In this document: piece by piece, positions 36,480-48,959 of the stretch | Layout of the letters: each line of letters opens with the position of its first letter | Numbering within the stretch: the first letter of the stretch is position 1 | Assembly (NCBI RefSeq): GCF_964213995.1 | Contig: NC_135809.1 | Coordinates: 32,736,001 to 32,800,000, forward strand | DNA: 64,000 bases | Source of the DNA: Mustelus asterias | Lineage: Eukaryota | Direction: 5' to 3' | The notes under the pieces: model-generated | The model's input: only the letters and a program-made list of their open reading frames with translations | Database searches by the model: none | Told to the model about the DNA's origin: nothing | Position numbers and translations under genes: made by a program

Positions 36480-36890
36480 TACATAGAGTCAGACAGTACC
36501 GAAGAGGCTCTTCAACCCATCCCATCTGCACCAACAAAACTACACAAAATCTACATGAATCCCACTTTTCTGCTCATCCATTACTTTTTAAAGGTTGAGG
36601 TTTCTCGCCTCTACTACCCTTCCAGACAGTGCATCCCAGACTCCCACCACCCTCTGGATGAGACACCTTTTCCTCAATTCCCCCTAGACCTCTTGCCCCT
36701 CACTTTAAAGTTATAGCCACTCGTTATTGACCGTTCAACTAAGGGGAACAGCTGCTTTCTATCCACCCTGTCCATACGCCTCATAATCTTATACACCTCA
36801 GTCAAGTTCTCCCCCAGTCTTCTCTGCTCTAAAGCAAACAAGCCAAACTTATCCAGCCTCTCTTCATAGCTCAAATGCTCCAACCCAGGC
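36480..36890 (-). mobile_element. CR1 LINE 3' fragment
   Basis: LSYEERLDKFGLFALEQRRLGENLTEVYKIMR. Confidence 0.88.
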
Positions 36891-37062
36891 GGTGATCAAT
36901 CAATTTATTTGTTATATTTGTTCAAGTGTAGGTTATGTATATTATGAGAAGCAGTATGCACTAGTCAATGTAGTAGTGAGCTACTGTTGTAGGAAGAAAG
37001 AGGAGAACATGACCACAATGGGAAGGAAAGCAATGGATAGTCATGGGGAGAACGAGAGAATA

Positions 37063-37392
37063 TGGGGTGGGACAGTGGTTAGCATTGCTGCCTCTCAGCG
37101 CCAGGGACCCGGATTCAATTCCGGCCTCTGGTCACTGTCTGTATGGTGCACATTTTCCCCGTGTCTGCATGGGTTTCCTCCGGATGCTCCGGTTTCCTCC
37201 CACAGTCCAGAGATGTGTGGGTTAGATTGATTGGCCGTGCTAAATTGCCTCTTAGTGTCAGGGGCTTAGCAGGGTAAATACGTGGGGTTGGGGAATAGGG
37301 CCTGGGTGGGATTGTGGTCGGTGCAAACTCGATGGGGCCGAATGGCCTCCTTCTGCGCTGCAATGATTCTAAGATTCTATTCTATGATTCTA
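37063..37392 (+). mobile_element. HE1/V-SINE (tail A), plus orientation
   Basis: cagtggttagcattgctgcctc...gaatggcctccttctgcgctg...attctatg. Confidence 0.92.
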
Positions 37393-37938
37393 AGATACAA
37401 TTTGGGAACCGTTGAAAAACTTGGGGCTTGATTTTCAGATGTACTCGGGAACAGAGGTGGGCTGGCATAAGAAAAAGCGATGCTTGCCTCCATTCCAGTT
37501 CCCCAGCTCCATCCTATATCCCTGGTGACTTTTCTGGGGAGGGGAGCTGCAACAGAGGGACAGTGAGATTTTCCAATTTCCAGAGGCGAGGGGGCCAGGA
37601 TAGCTGTCTGTTGGTGATATCCTAGCAACAGACAGCGCTTCAGGCAGGCTTGGAGGTTTTCCCTGCCTGCCTAGGTGAAGCAGCAGCAGTAGGTCATTCT
37701 GTAAATGGATTGTTTTATCCCCTGCCTCAGAGCAATGGCCTGGCTGAAAAGGCTGTTTTCCAAGAAATATATATTTTAAAAAAGTTGAAGCACTCTCTCC
37801 CTCACTTAACTGGCATAACAGACACCCTGCTGCTGCTTTCAAAGTGGAAGCCTCCAGAAGGATGGCAAGCTCATTCTATGGTCATTAATTTACCGTTCTG
37901 ACTGTTTTCCACGCAGTTTCTGAGCCAAGAATGGCCAC

Positions 37939-37989
37939 GGTGGCGGGGGGGGCGGGGCGGAGGGAGGGAGGGGGGGGGGGGGGGGGGGG
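37939..37989 (+). repeat. G-run / G-quadruplex-forming tract
   Basis: ggtggcggggggggcggggcggagggagggag followed by a long poly-G run. Confidence 0.8.
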
Positions 37990-38834
37990 ACAGTAACATC
38001 TGCCATCTGCAGCTTTGGGTTACCAATTGAAGTGAGAATACATACACTGAGGAGAAAATAAAGCTTGCGTATACATTTAATTAGCAAATATAGTTAGAAG
38101 AATTCCCTACTGTAACTGGTGGCTCAGATAAGGATGGTGGGATGAAGTCAGGTGACATTGAGTGAAAGATTAGGGTGGGGAAAGTTATCATATTGTGGCT
38201 CAGGATATCAAACCAAGACTAGGCCTTACATTCATGACATTTTGAAGGAATATAGAATGCAGTAGAGGGAAGTGTACATAACTGAGGATCTTATTTAGAA
38301 TCAATGGTTTAATTGTTTCTTGGCATATTGTAGAGGAATTGTGCCTATGAGATACTCTGTGTGATGTGCCAAGTAGGCATTGTGTGCAGTTCTTGTTACA
38401 TGGGTTAGTACGTTTTTTTTGTTGTTGTCACACTGGGATATGTGATTAGAATTTTTGAAGGATACACCATACACATCCAACCCTATCTTTACAAATGCTG
38501 ACTGGCTGGTTATATAATTCCAGCAATTGTTGTTTCAGATTATCAGTCTTAGTTTTTAAAAAAAGTGGATTTCTGTTTGTATTATGCAAATATTATTTGC
38601 AATCGGAGGTTAATTGTGACTTCTTGATCCAAATATCATTGTCTTTGCACGTTGTATCCTGTTCCTGGTCACAATAGGTTTTCGTTTTACTTCATTGCCT
38701 AAAATTAATGTTTTAAAGTCATACCCTGTGCCTTAGAATTTAAAATAAAGTCATTGTCACCCATTTTGAGATAGCAGGGACCTATGTCTTTTGACATTAG
38801 TGAGCAAAACAAGGAGAAATATGGTAAAAGGAAA

Positions 38835-38990
38835 AGACTGTGGATACTGAAATCTGAAACAGAAACAGAAAATGCTGGAAAATCTCAGGTCTGGCAGCAT
38901 CTGTGGAGAGAGAGAATAGAGCCAACGTTTCGAGTCAGGATGACCCTTCAAAGACCTGCTGAGATTTTCTAGCATTTTCTGTTTTTGTTT
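38835..38990. mobile_element. Penelope-type inverted mini-element
   Basis: 26-bp inverted repeat 38863-38888 / 38959-38984 (one mismatch) enclosing a partial hammerhead (minus strand gaagggtcatcctgactcGAAAcgtt). Confidence 0.7.
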
Positions 38991-39540
38991 GAAATAGATG
39001 CATGGTATTCAGTATAAAGCAATGGCCTGGGCTTTGCAGACAGTGGAGAAGCAGTGACAATCACTGCTGGCCACAAAGAAAGCTTAGCACAAAAATCTAG
39101 TGATCTCTGTGGCATGAATTTCCCCTTTCATGTTGATATTTAATTCTGGCGTCAGGTCAAGGGAATTTCCAGGCATCCGACAGCAGTGATTGTCAACAAG
39201 CGTGGTAAGCAGCCAATTGCACTGAAGTGTTTTCACAGACAGCCAATAAAATGCACTGATTATCCTTCACTTCTTATACATTTTACAGAGAGCAAAATAC
39301 CTGATTGAGGATGAAGGTAGAAGCTGAAAGATCTTAAAACTTTAAAAATAAATTATTTTTAAAATGTGTATTTTTGATCATGGGAGAAATTTGGTATTCC
39401 ACAAATTGAAAATTTGATTGTCAGGGTAGTGAGGCTATTCGATAGCAATCATGAACTTGGTATGTAATTTTAAAAAAAACCCAGTTACACCTCATTCAAC
39501 TATATGTAACTTTTTCAGGGTTTTTTAAAATGTTTTTTTT

Positions 39541-40362
39541 AAGTTTATTTGTTCTTGTCACACGTAGGCTTACATTAACACTGAAGTTAGAACATAGAAA
39601 AAATACAGCACAAACAGGCCCTTCGGCCCACAAGTTGCGCCGGTCATGTCCCTACCTACCTCGGCTTATATATAGGCTTACCTATAACCCTCAATCCTAT
39701 TAAGTCCTATGTACTCATCCAGAAGTCTCTTAAAAGACCCTATCGAGTTTGCCTCTACCACCACTGACGGCAGCCGATTCCACTCACCCACCACCCTCTG
39801 AGTGAAAAACTTACCCCTGACATCTCCTCTGTACCTACTCCCCAGCACCGTAGCAGCCATTTCAGCTCGGGGAAAAAGGCCCAGAGAATCCACCCGATCT
39901 ATACCTCTCAACATCTTGTACACCTCTATCAGGTCACCTCTCATCCTTCGTCCCTCCAAGGAGAAAAGACCGAGCTCCCTCAGCCTATCCTCATAAGGCA
40001 TGCCAACCAATCCAGGCAACATCCTTGTAAATCTTCTCTGCACCCTTTCAATCATTTCCACATCCCTCCTGTAATGAAGCGACCAGAACTGAGCACAGTA
40101 CTCCAAGTGGGGTCTGAAGTTACTGTGAAAAGCCCCTAGTCGCCACACTCAGCACCTGTTCGGGTACACTGAGGGAGAATTTAGCATGGCCAATGCACCT
40201 AACCAGCACATATTTCAGACTGTGGGAGGAAACCAGAGCACCCGGAGGAAACCCACGCAGACATGGGGAGAACATGCAGACTCCGTACAGACAGTGACCC
40301 AAGCTGGGACTTGAACCCGAGTCCCTGGCGCTGTGAGGCAGCAGTGCTAATTACTGTGCTGC
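39541..40362 (-). mobile_element. HE1 tail-B SINE interrupted by a young CR1 3' fragment (39590-40113)
   Basis: 9-bp target-site duplication ctgaagtta at 39581-39589 and 40114-40122. The CR1 ORF RPHLEYCAQFWS..RVQRRFTRMLPG is still open. Confidence 0.9.
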
Positions 40363-40804
40363 TCTGTCTAGTGTAGAAGGAAAGTTCGCATCAGTTCAGT
40401 GATTTCTACTTGATTGCAACCTGGGTGGTGCACGTTTGGGAAAGTGTAGAATCAATTGACAATAGTTTTTAGATTTCCGCATTTAACTGCGGACGTGCAG
40501 ATTCTAGATGTTGCTTTCAGTTTTAAAGAAGTATGACAGCAAAAGCTAATAGTTTCACCATCATTACTATCATAAAATCCAGGCCAGTGAATCATACACT
40601 TTATATTAATTAAAGCCACCATGCCGTGTCTTGTTTGCTGCTTTTTTTATTGAAGCAGTTTTGTATAGCTTCTTGTTATGCAGCTTTATATAACAACTTC
40701 CAACATTATTCCTTTATTTTAAACATTGCATTAATGGAATTTAACATGTTTGCAGGTTCAATTTATGAAGCTGAAAGTGAAGGCTCCTGAATGTATATTT
40801 GAAG

Positions 40805-40910
40805 ATGAGGCGATTAAATAAGAAGAAAGCATTGAGTTTAGTGAAGGAGCTTGATGCCTTCCCAAAGATTCCCGAGAGTTATATTGAAACTTCCACAAGT
40901 GGGGGAACGG
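40805..40910 (+). CDS. ERGIC2: ERGIC2 first coding exon (exon begins 40756)
   Basis: MRRLNKKKALSLVKELDAFPKIPESYIETSTSGGT; acceptor tgcAG 40755, donor G|GTAAT; 106 nt coding. Confidence 0.97.
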
Positions 40911-41002
40911 GTAATTCAAATTTTGCTTTCTAGCTATTTTACTTTAAAAAGTTGTATTTTATTTCTTAATATGTATTAACAGTGACAATTATTTCTTTAC
41001 AG

Positions 41003-41111
41003 TTTCCCTAATTGCCTTTACCACCATAGCTCTATTGTCCATTATGGAATTCTTTGTGTACTGTGACACATGGATGAAGTATGATTATGAAGTAGACAAA
41101 GATTTTGCCAG
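41003..41111 (+). CDS. ERGIC2: ERGIC2 coding exon 2 (first transmembrane helix)
   Basis: VSLIAFTTIALLSIMEFFVYCDTWMKYDYEVDKDFA; AG/GT boundaries, 109 nt, phase consistent. Confidence 0.96.
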
Positions 41112-41941
41112 GTGATTACTTGATTTGTTTATTTTTGAGCGCTTTTACATGTTCTCTTCCTACAATAACTATGAACTCAAAAGTGTTCAGTGACTCCTCT
41201 GGATACAGATCTGGAATTAGTCAGCGCTCTGTGGCGTTTCTTACAGTCCCAGTCTTGAGGAGTGTTAGTTTTAAGTGACCACACAATGGACTCGGGATGG
41301 GAATCAGGCAGCAAATCAACAGAAATTGCAAAACACTCGTATTGCTGCTTTTGGGGGGATTTTTTTAAAGTGATCAGTCTTTGGAAAGTCAGTTCCTACT
41401 AATAGTGACTATGTGATTACATTTAAAGCTTTCAATCCTGTTGTAGAGTCGCAGTAAGCTGCAATGCATGGAACATTCTGCTGCTCCTGAAATAGTGAAG
41501 CTGGGGTCGGGAGAGTTTTTGGTGGGACCCAGACTAAGCCCAAAATGAGTAGAGAAGCAGAGAAGTCTGGGACATTGGAGTTGTGTGGTTGGGATCATGG
41601 ATTCAACCTTTTTTTTGTGATAGGTTTCTGGGGCAGGTGAAGCGACTGAATGTGAAATTGATGTTCAGAATGTTGGTTCCTGTTTTGCATTTTGGGATAT
41701 GGTCTTTGCTGGCAATATGACCAATTTAATATGATGTGGTCAATCCACTTTCCTGGAAATAATTGGCAATCATACATTGTTCCACTCTTTCAAACACTTA
41801 CTTATATTTATTAGTGGATCTTCTGCGGCATTGCTCAGGTAATGGGGTTCTTTAAGAAGAAAGCTACAAAAGGGTTATTTGATTTTTGAAAATGACAATT
41901 TTATTGGAGCAATAATTATAAATGCTTCTTTTATCTTGCAG

Positions 41942-41988
41942 CAAACTGCGAATCAATTTAGATATTACAGTTTCAATGAAATGTCATT
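41942..41988 (+). CDS. ERGIC2: ERGIC2 coding exon 3
   Basis: SKLRINLDITVSMKCH; 47 nt; donor GTAAGT. Confidence 0.95.
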
Positions 41989-43149
41989 GTAAGTACTTAC
42001 CTTTGTCAATGTTTTCATGACTTGCATTCATTGGTGTAATCCTAATTAATTACTTTAAATAACTAGTGAATGCAAAATAGCTTGCATGACAACAACATTA
42101 CAGTTGTATTCAGAATTTTAACATGTCTGATATGGGAGCACTCACCAGTACAATCTGTTGGCTCTTGTGCATGGGTCTCTGGTTACTGGAGTCTGCCATT
42201 TATACAAGTAATGCTCTATGGAGTACTGGATTAAAGATAGAAAGAAAACAAAATATAGAGACATTTTAACTGCGGTAATCATCAAATTATATTGATCTGT
42301 GTCCCAGTTACCCTGCAGCAAGCAGTACAAGTTACGTTTTTAGCCGCGTTAAAGGCTGTACAGACATGCTTTCCACTCGCACTCCGTTGAATGGGAAAAT
42401 GCATAACTCAATGCAAGTCCACTGCACACGTGAAATTCTACTCCATGGTCTCATAAGCACCAATGCAACTTCAAGTAATAGGATAAAGTCTTGCTTATTG
42501 GAAACTTAAAGCGAGTACAGTGCCTTCAGTGTGGCTTGAAATTTGAAAGATAGGTGTAATTCCAATTTCAGTATGACAAGATCCAATTTGAGTGGGTTTG
42601 TTACAGATGTCTCATATTGTAACGGTTCCATATTAACCCAGAAAAAAGATATTTATGTACTGATGGTAAAAATGATATGTAGCTTGCTTTTCTAGATTGA
42701 AGGCCTAATTGTTAAACAGATTAAAGTAGTTTATATCAATTTGCCATCTGTATGTTGTAGGCATGTTTTATTTTCCTATATATGAGTGATGGTATAGCGG
42801 ATTGAAGCTTAAATTTATGCCTTGGAGTTGCAAAATACTAGAATTCTTTGCACTAGAATGTGCGAAGTGTGAGTCCTGATGCCTACAGTGCTGTAAGATA
42901 GAGTACCGGGATGCTGACCCAACAATGATGAAGGAATACAGATGTATGCCAAATGAAGTATGATTTGGGGATCGTGCTGTTCCCAGGCACCTACTGCCAT
43001 TGCTGTTCTTGGTGGTAGAGTTTGTGGGTTTGGAAGCTGCTGTTGAAGAACTTCCAATCAGTACATCTTGTAGATGGTGCACTCTGCTGTAAGGAAGAAT
43101 AAAAAGACACGTAATTTAAGAAAATTGGCAGGAATATTTGAACCACTTC

Positions 43150-46100
43150 TTCATGCATTAACTCGACCTGCTTTCCATCAAGTGGGCGAGTGCCTTAGTG
43201 GGTGATTATCTTGGAAATAATGGTGTTAGGATCATTAAATTATAACCATAGTTTATGGAGAAAAACCAGAACTGGAATTAAAAATTACTTAATTATAGGA
43301 GGTCTAATTTCAGCAACTTGACAGAGATCTGGAAAGTTGCAGTTATTGTAGAATTGTAATAGTGGTTTTTAAAGAGGAGATGGTTTGGGTACAGTCTAAA
43401 AGTAGGAAAGAAAGGGCAACAAAAGTCAGAGTACCCTGGATGATGAAGGAGTTGTCGGGAGTAGGATAAGAAAAAGGCCTCTGACAGATGTCAGATTATA
43501 CAAGTCAGAATCAGGCTGAATATTAGAATTACAAAGGAGGGGTGAAAAAGGAGATAAGAGGAGTAAAGAGACCATGTAGGAGTAGTTTGCAGGCTAACAT
43601 TAAAGGGACACCAAAGGTCTTCCAAAGGCATATTAAGAGTAAAAGGGTCGCTGGGGCAATGATGTCAGTTAGGGTCCAAAATGGAGAACTCTTGGTTCAT
43701 GGAAGACCATGAATGGAATTCTGTTCAGTGGTCTCAAGTATCTTCAAGTCAAAGATTAAAATGTTGCTTGTTGGGAATTTAAAGAGAGTACAGTGCCCTG
43801 TTTTTTTCAATGTTGTTTAATATTTGAAAGGTGAATGTGGTTGAGGTACTAAATGAGTTCTTTGTATCCGTGCTTTCTAAGAAAGAGAACTATGCCAAAC
43901 CACGGTTAATAGAAATAAAGTTAAGTACCAGAACGCTGGCAGTACATTAAAGTAAATAAGTCAGTTGGTTGAGTGGCGATGCATCCTTGATTGCTGAAGG
44001 AAGTAAAGGGTGCTGGCCACCATCTTCCAGTCCTCCTGAGATACACGGGTGATGCCTAGAGAAGGATTATAAATATTACCCCCCATTCCAAAAAGGAATG
44101 AAGGCTAAACGTGGCAATGATATGCAAATTAGTTTAACATTAGTGGTGGGAAAGCCTTTGAAACCAGAATCCAAAAGAAAACTAGCAGCCCTTTGATTAG
44201 CATTGACTAATGGTGGGGGATCTAACACAGCTTTGTCAAAAGGAAATCCTGTTTGACTAACTTGAGAGTTGTACTGAGGTAACAGAGAAGTTGGATGAGT
44301 CAGTGCAATTGGTTTTGTGTACATGGACTTCCAAAAGGCATTTGATAAAGTACCACATGTTAGGCTTGTTAGGAAAATTGAAACCCATGTCATTAAAAGG
44401 GACAGTATCAGCATGGGTGCAAAATAGGCTGCTGCTGTCCGTAGGTACGTCCAACCCATGGCTCCAGAACCTCCATGGGTAGGGCAAGGAGGAAGGTCCC
44501 AATTCCACCCCAGCCAGAACCCAGTGTTGTTCACACCGATTTGATCTACTCTAGCCATCCAACCAACTGAGCTAATTGGCCTGCCTCAAGGAGTCTGAGT
44601 TGCCGTGGAAGCATGCACCTTTATATGTATGCTGTAGTTCACAGTAATGGTAGAGGCTCCAATTGTCTTTTCATCATATGGCTGACCAAGAATCTCTCCC
44701 GCTCTCTCCACCTGCCATTGGCTTACGTTGAAGGGTTTACAAGTTGGTACTTAACCTGCTTGACCACATATATGAACTCTTTTCCCTTGGCCATCAGTCC
44801 TGGAATGGGACATGAATCTGGCGCTTCTTACTCAGAGGCAGGACTGTGCCACAAGACCGCCTCTACAACATATGTTAAAGGATAGAAAACAGTGTTGTGG
44901 GGAATGGCTCTTTATTGGACTTGATGGAGGTATACAGTGATGTTCCTCAGGATTCAGTAATAAGACTGCTGCTGTTCTTAATGTACATAACTGGTTTGCT
45001 GGCAGCAACTACTTTCTATACAGCCAATGCTAAGAGACTTAGCAGAAAACTTAAGCATGTATTAAATAGAATATACAGCACAGAAATAGGAATGCCATTG
45101 AACATGTCAGTGCTAGTTTTTATACTCCACAAGTCTCATCCCATTCCATCCACCTCACTTCAACCTTTAAACTATTTCCTTTTCCTTCATTTACTTGTCT
45201 GCTATCTCTTTGAAAGCATCTAAACTATTAGTCACAACCAGATCTGGTAATAGGAGTTTCACATTCTAATCACACTCTGATTTTTTTTTTTAAATCTCCC
45301 CAGTTCCCTATATTATTTTCTTCAAAAGAAAATCTTATTCATTCAAAGGCTGTGGCGTCTTTGACATGTCACACATTTGTTGCCATCCCTAATTGACCTT
45401 GAGAAGATGACGGTGAGCCATCTTCTTGAGCTTATACAGTCCATGTGAATGTATTCTCACATGTTAAGTAGCGAGTTCTAGGATTTTAACCTAGCAACAA
45501 TAAACAAACGGAATCAAAAGACGAATTATTATCTAAATGGAGAGAGACTGCAAGTGACTGAAGTACAGAGGGATCTAGGTGTTCTCGAGCATAAATTACA
45601 GAAAGCTTTCAGGCAGGTCTGACAAGTATTTAAGAAGGCAAACAGCATTTTGGCTTTTATTGCAAAGAGGTTGGAGTTTAAAAATAGGGAGGTTTTGTTG
45701 CAATTCCAGGTTTCACCTGAAATACTGTGTACAGTTTTGGTCCCCTACCTCAAAAAGGATATAGTAACATTCGAGGCAACCCAAAGGAGCTTCATCAGGC
45801 AAATTCCTGGGATGAGAGGTTTATCCTATTAAGAGAGACTAAATAGTCTGAATCTGTATTCCTTGGAGTTTAGAAGAGTGAGGGATGACCTTATTCAAAC
45901 ATATAAGATCCTGAGGGGGCTTGACAGGGTAGATGATGAGATGTTTTCATTAATGGGAGAGTCTCGAACGAGGGGACATAGCTAGTCATTTAAAACTGAG
46001 GTGCATAGAAATTTATACTCGTGGAGGGTGGTGAATCTCTGGAATTTTCTGCCCCAAAGGGTGATGGAGGCTGAATCATTAGAAGTATTCAAAGTGGAGG

Positions 46101-46250
46101 TGGATAAATATTTGATAGATCAAGGAATAGAGGATTATGGGGAAATGGTGCAGAAAAGGAGTTGAGACTAGTATAGATCAGCCATGATCATATTGAATGG
46201 TGGGACAGGCTTGAAGGACCTGGTAGCCCACTCCTGCTTCTATTTCTTTA
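43150..46250 (+). mobile_element. Fragmented CR1 LINE(s) with nested SINE pieces (about 44430-44870)
   Basis: tacatggacttccaaaaggcatttgataaagtacc (YMDFQKAFDKVP), gatgttcctcaggattcagt, tactgtgtacagttttggtccccctac, tail ctcctgcttctatttctt. Confidence 0.8.
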
Positions 46251-47400
46251 CAGCCTTGGTTCAAACATGGACAAAAGAGATGAGCACATTGTGAGGTGAG
46301 AGTGATTTCCCCTGACATCATGGCGTCAAGGAGCCCTAGCAAAACTGAAGGCACTGGGAATTGGTGAGGGGAAAGCCTCTAACGGTTTGAATCATACATA
46401 GCATAAAGGAAGATTGTTGTGGTTGTTGGAGATCAATTATCTCAGTCCCAAGAGTGCCTCAGGGTAGTATCCCAGACCCAACCATCTTCAGCTGCCTCAT
46501 TAATGACCTTCTCCCCATCATAAGGTCAGAAGTGGGGATATTCATTGATGATTTGTTCAACGCCATTCATGACTGCTCAGATACTGAAGCAGTCAGTTCA
46601 AATTGCAATATTTAAGCTTGGGCTGATAAGTGAGAAGTAACATTTGCATCACACAAGTGCCAGACAATGATCATCTCCAGCAGCAGAGAATCTAATTATC
46701 TCCCCTTGACATTCAATGACATTACCATCATTGAATCCCCCACTGTCAACATTCTGGAGGTTATCATTGACCAGAAAATGAACTGGACCAGCCATGTAAA
46801 CACTGTGCAAGAATAGGTTGGAGACGAGGAATACTGTGGAGAGTAACTCACTTCCTGACTCTCCAAAGCCTGTCTATTATCTACAAAGCACAAGTCAGGA
46901 GTGTGATGGAACATTCTCCAGTTGCCTGGATGAGTGAAGCTCCAATAACATTCAAAAAACCCAAGACCACCCAGGACAAAGCAAGCTGCTTGATAGGCAC
47001 CCCATCAGTCACCTTAAACATTCACTTCCCCCCACCCCCCACTCCAACATTGATGCACAGCGGCAGCAGTATGTACCATCTACAGGATACATTGCAGAAA
47101 CTTACCAAGGCTCCTTGGACAGCACCTCCCAAAGCTGTGACCTCTACCCCCAAGAAGGACAAGGCATCACCTGCAAGTTCCCATCAAGTCGCACACCATC
47201 TTGGCTTGGAACAATATCGCCGTCCCTTTACTGTCACCGGGTTGAAATCCTGGAGCTCCCTCCCTGTGGGTGTACCTACAACATGTGTACTACACTGGTT
47301 CAAGAAGGCAGCTCACCACCACCTTCTCGACAGCAATTAGGGATGGGCAATAAATACTGGCCTAACCAGAAACACCCACATCTTATGAACGAATAAATGA
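46250..47400 (+). mobile_element. CR1/L2-group LINE 3' portion, a family distinct from the neighbouring CR1
   Basis: gtgcctcagggtagtatcc..cttcagctgcctcattaatgac, YKAQVRSVMEHSPVAW, tail aaggcagctcaccaccaccttctc..gggatgggcaataaat. Confidence 0.8.
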
Positions 47401-47481
47401 AAGAAATGATAATATTTAGATCTGATTGCAACATGGGATTGTGTATGCAGTAACTGAAATTTTACTTTTGTTTTTAAACAG

Positions 47482-47552
47482 ATATTGGTGCAGATGTCCT
47501 AGACTTGGCTGAAACTATGGTAGCAGCTTCAGAAGGGTTGAAATATGAACCA
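47482..47552 (+). CDS. ERGIC2: ERGIC2 coding exon 4
   Basis: YIGADVLDLAETMVAASEGLKYEP; 71 nt; donor GTAAGT. Confidence 0.96.
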
Positions 47553-47970
47553 GTAAGTATAGTTGTTTAAAATTGTCATTGAAAATTACAGCGAAGCATT
47601 CAATTTTCAGTCCCTTTGTGTTGGAAGAGTGTCTGTCGTCTTTAAACTCCTCTATTCAGGAACACGGGCCTATTACTCCATTTTGCAGCATTTTGATATA
47701 ATGCACTGCTCAGTATTTCATTCCAATAATTGGTTGAATATTCAATTATCAGAATGATTTTGTGCAGTCTGAAAGGAGTGCCTTAGAAAAAAACTCTACT
47801 GCGAAAATTTTTGACAGAACTTGTAGAGTCTTTAAAAACGTTTTTATGACACTATTTTGTTCCTTAATAGCTTTTTTTAAATGACATAACATCAAATAAT
47901 GCAGTCTGGCTAAAGCCTGTCACCAGGTTCTACATAAATAATAGCTTTGCGTCTTTGTTTTAAAATGCAG

Positions 47971-48011
47971 ACTATTTTTGAATTATCTTCACGTCAAAGA
48001 ATGTGGCAAAG
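47971..48011 (+). CDS. ERGIC2: ERGIC2 coding exon 5
   Basis: TIFELSSRQRMWQR; 41 nt; gcAG / AG|GTAAG. Confidence 0.93.
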
Positions 48012-48959
48012 GTAAGATATACAGATATGAAAATTCTTCTATTCTGACATGTTTGTTCTTGAAAACGATATTCCTTGTAAGGGTAACATTAGTAACGTAA
48101 GATATCTGCCCACAACTAGAGCAGTTTCTTCCATAATAATTGTTATGCTAACAACTCGTTCGACTTTGTTTTCTAATCTTTTTTATGAATTTAAATGAAC
48201 CCAACTCGGTAAATAATAATGGTCAATGTTAAACAAGCCGAGGCTTTGCATTTCACATATTTTGGGATTCTCTGGAACTTTATAAATGCTAAATTTAAGC
48301 TTGAGTCGGTAAGATTTGGCAGTGAAAATCAACATGACCTTCTATTTTTTAATTCAGTCAAAATAATAGTTATTTAATCAATCAGTGACAGTGTTGTGAC
48401 CATTAAGTTTAATAATTCAGGATGTGGAAAGTAGATTCCTAAATTTGTTTGCTGCATACCTTGCCTACGGATTCCACTTGGCGCTGGTATTACTGATTGT
48501 CATAAATTTAAACCCTGGCATGGTGTCATAAACCTAAATTCCGGCACGACATTCTTTAAAAATCAAGGAAATCTTTGAACTCCTAACTGTAAATGAGCTG
48601 TAAGATCTAATGCTGTGATATTGAAAAAATGTGTGTGCGTGTGTATATATGTATCTGTTTATCATGTTCAGTTTGTGGAAAAGTAATCGTTACATAATTT
48701 ATAGTTCGCACTCTCAGTTTCCAATTCATTATTAAAGGTTGTTTCTTTTCATTTTCTTCATATCCTGTTTCTCCTATCACTGGCTCATACTTGAATATGG
48801 TTTTTCAAGTGAGAGAGCCTGGCAAATGAATGTCAGTGGACTATTCTAACCATGTTTAATCCTGTCCTCATTCGTTATCTACACATCGCATTTTCAGCAA
48901 AACTCTTTGAATAGACCTTAGGAGCAAAACATTATCGTGCTTTTTCTTTCCTTCAACTT

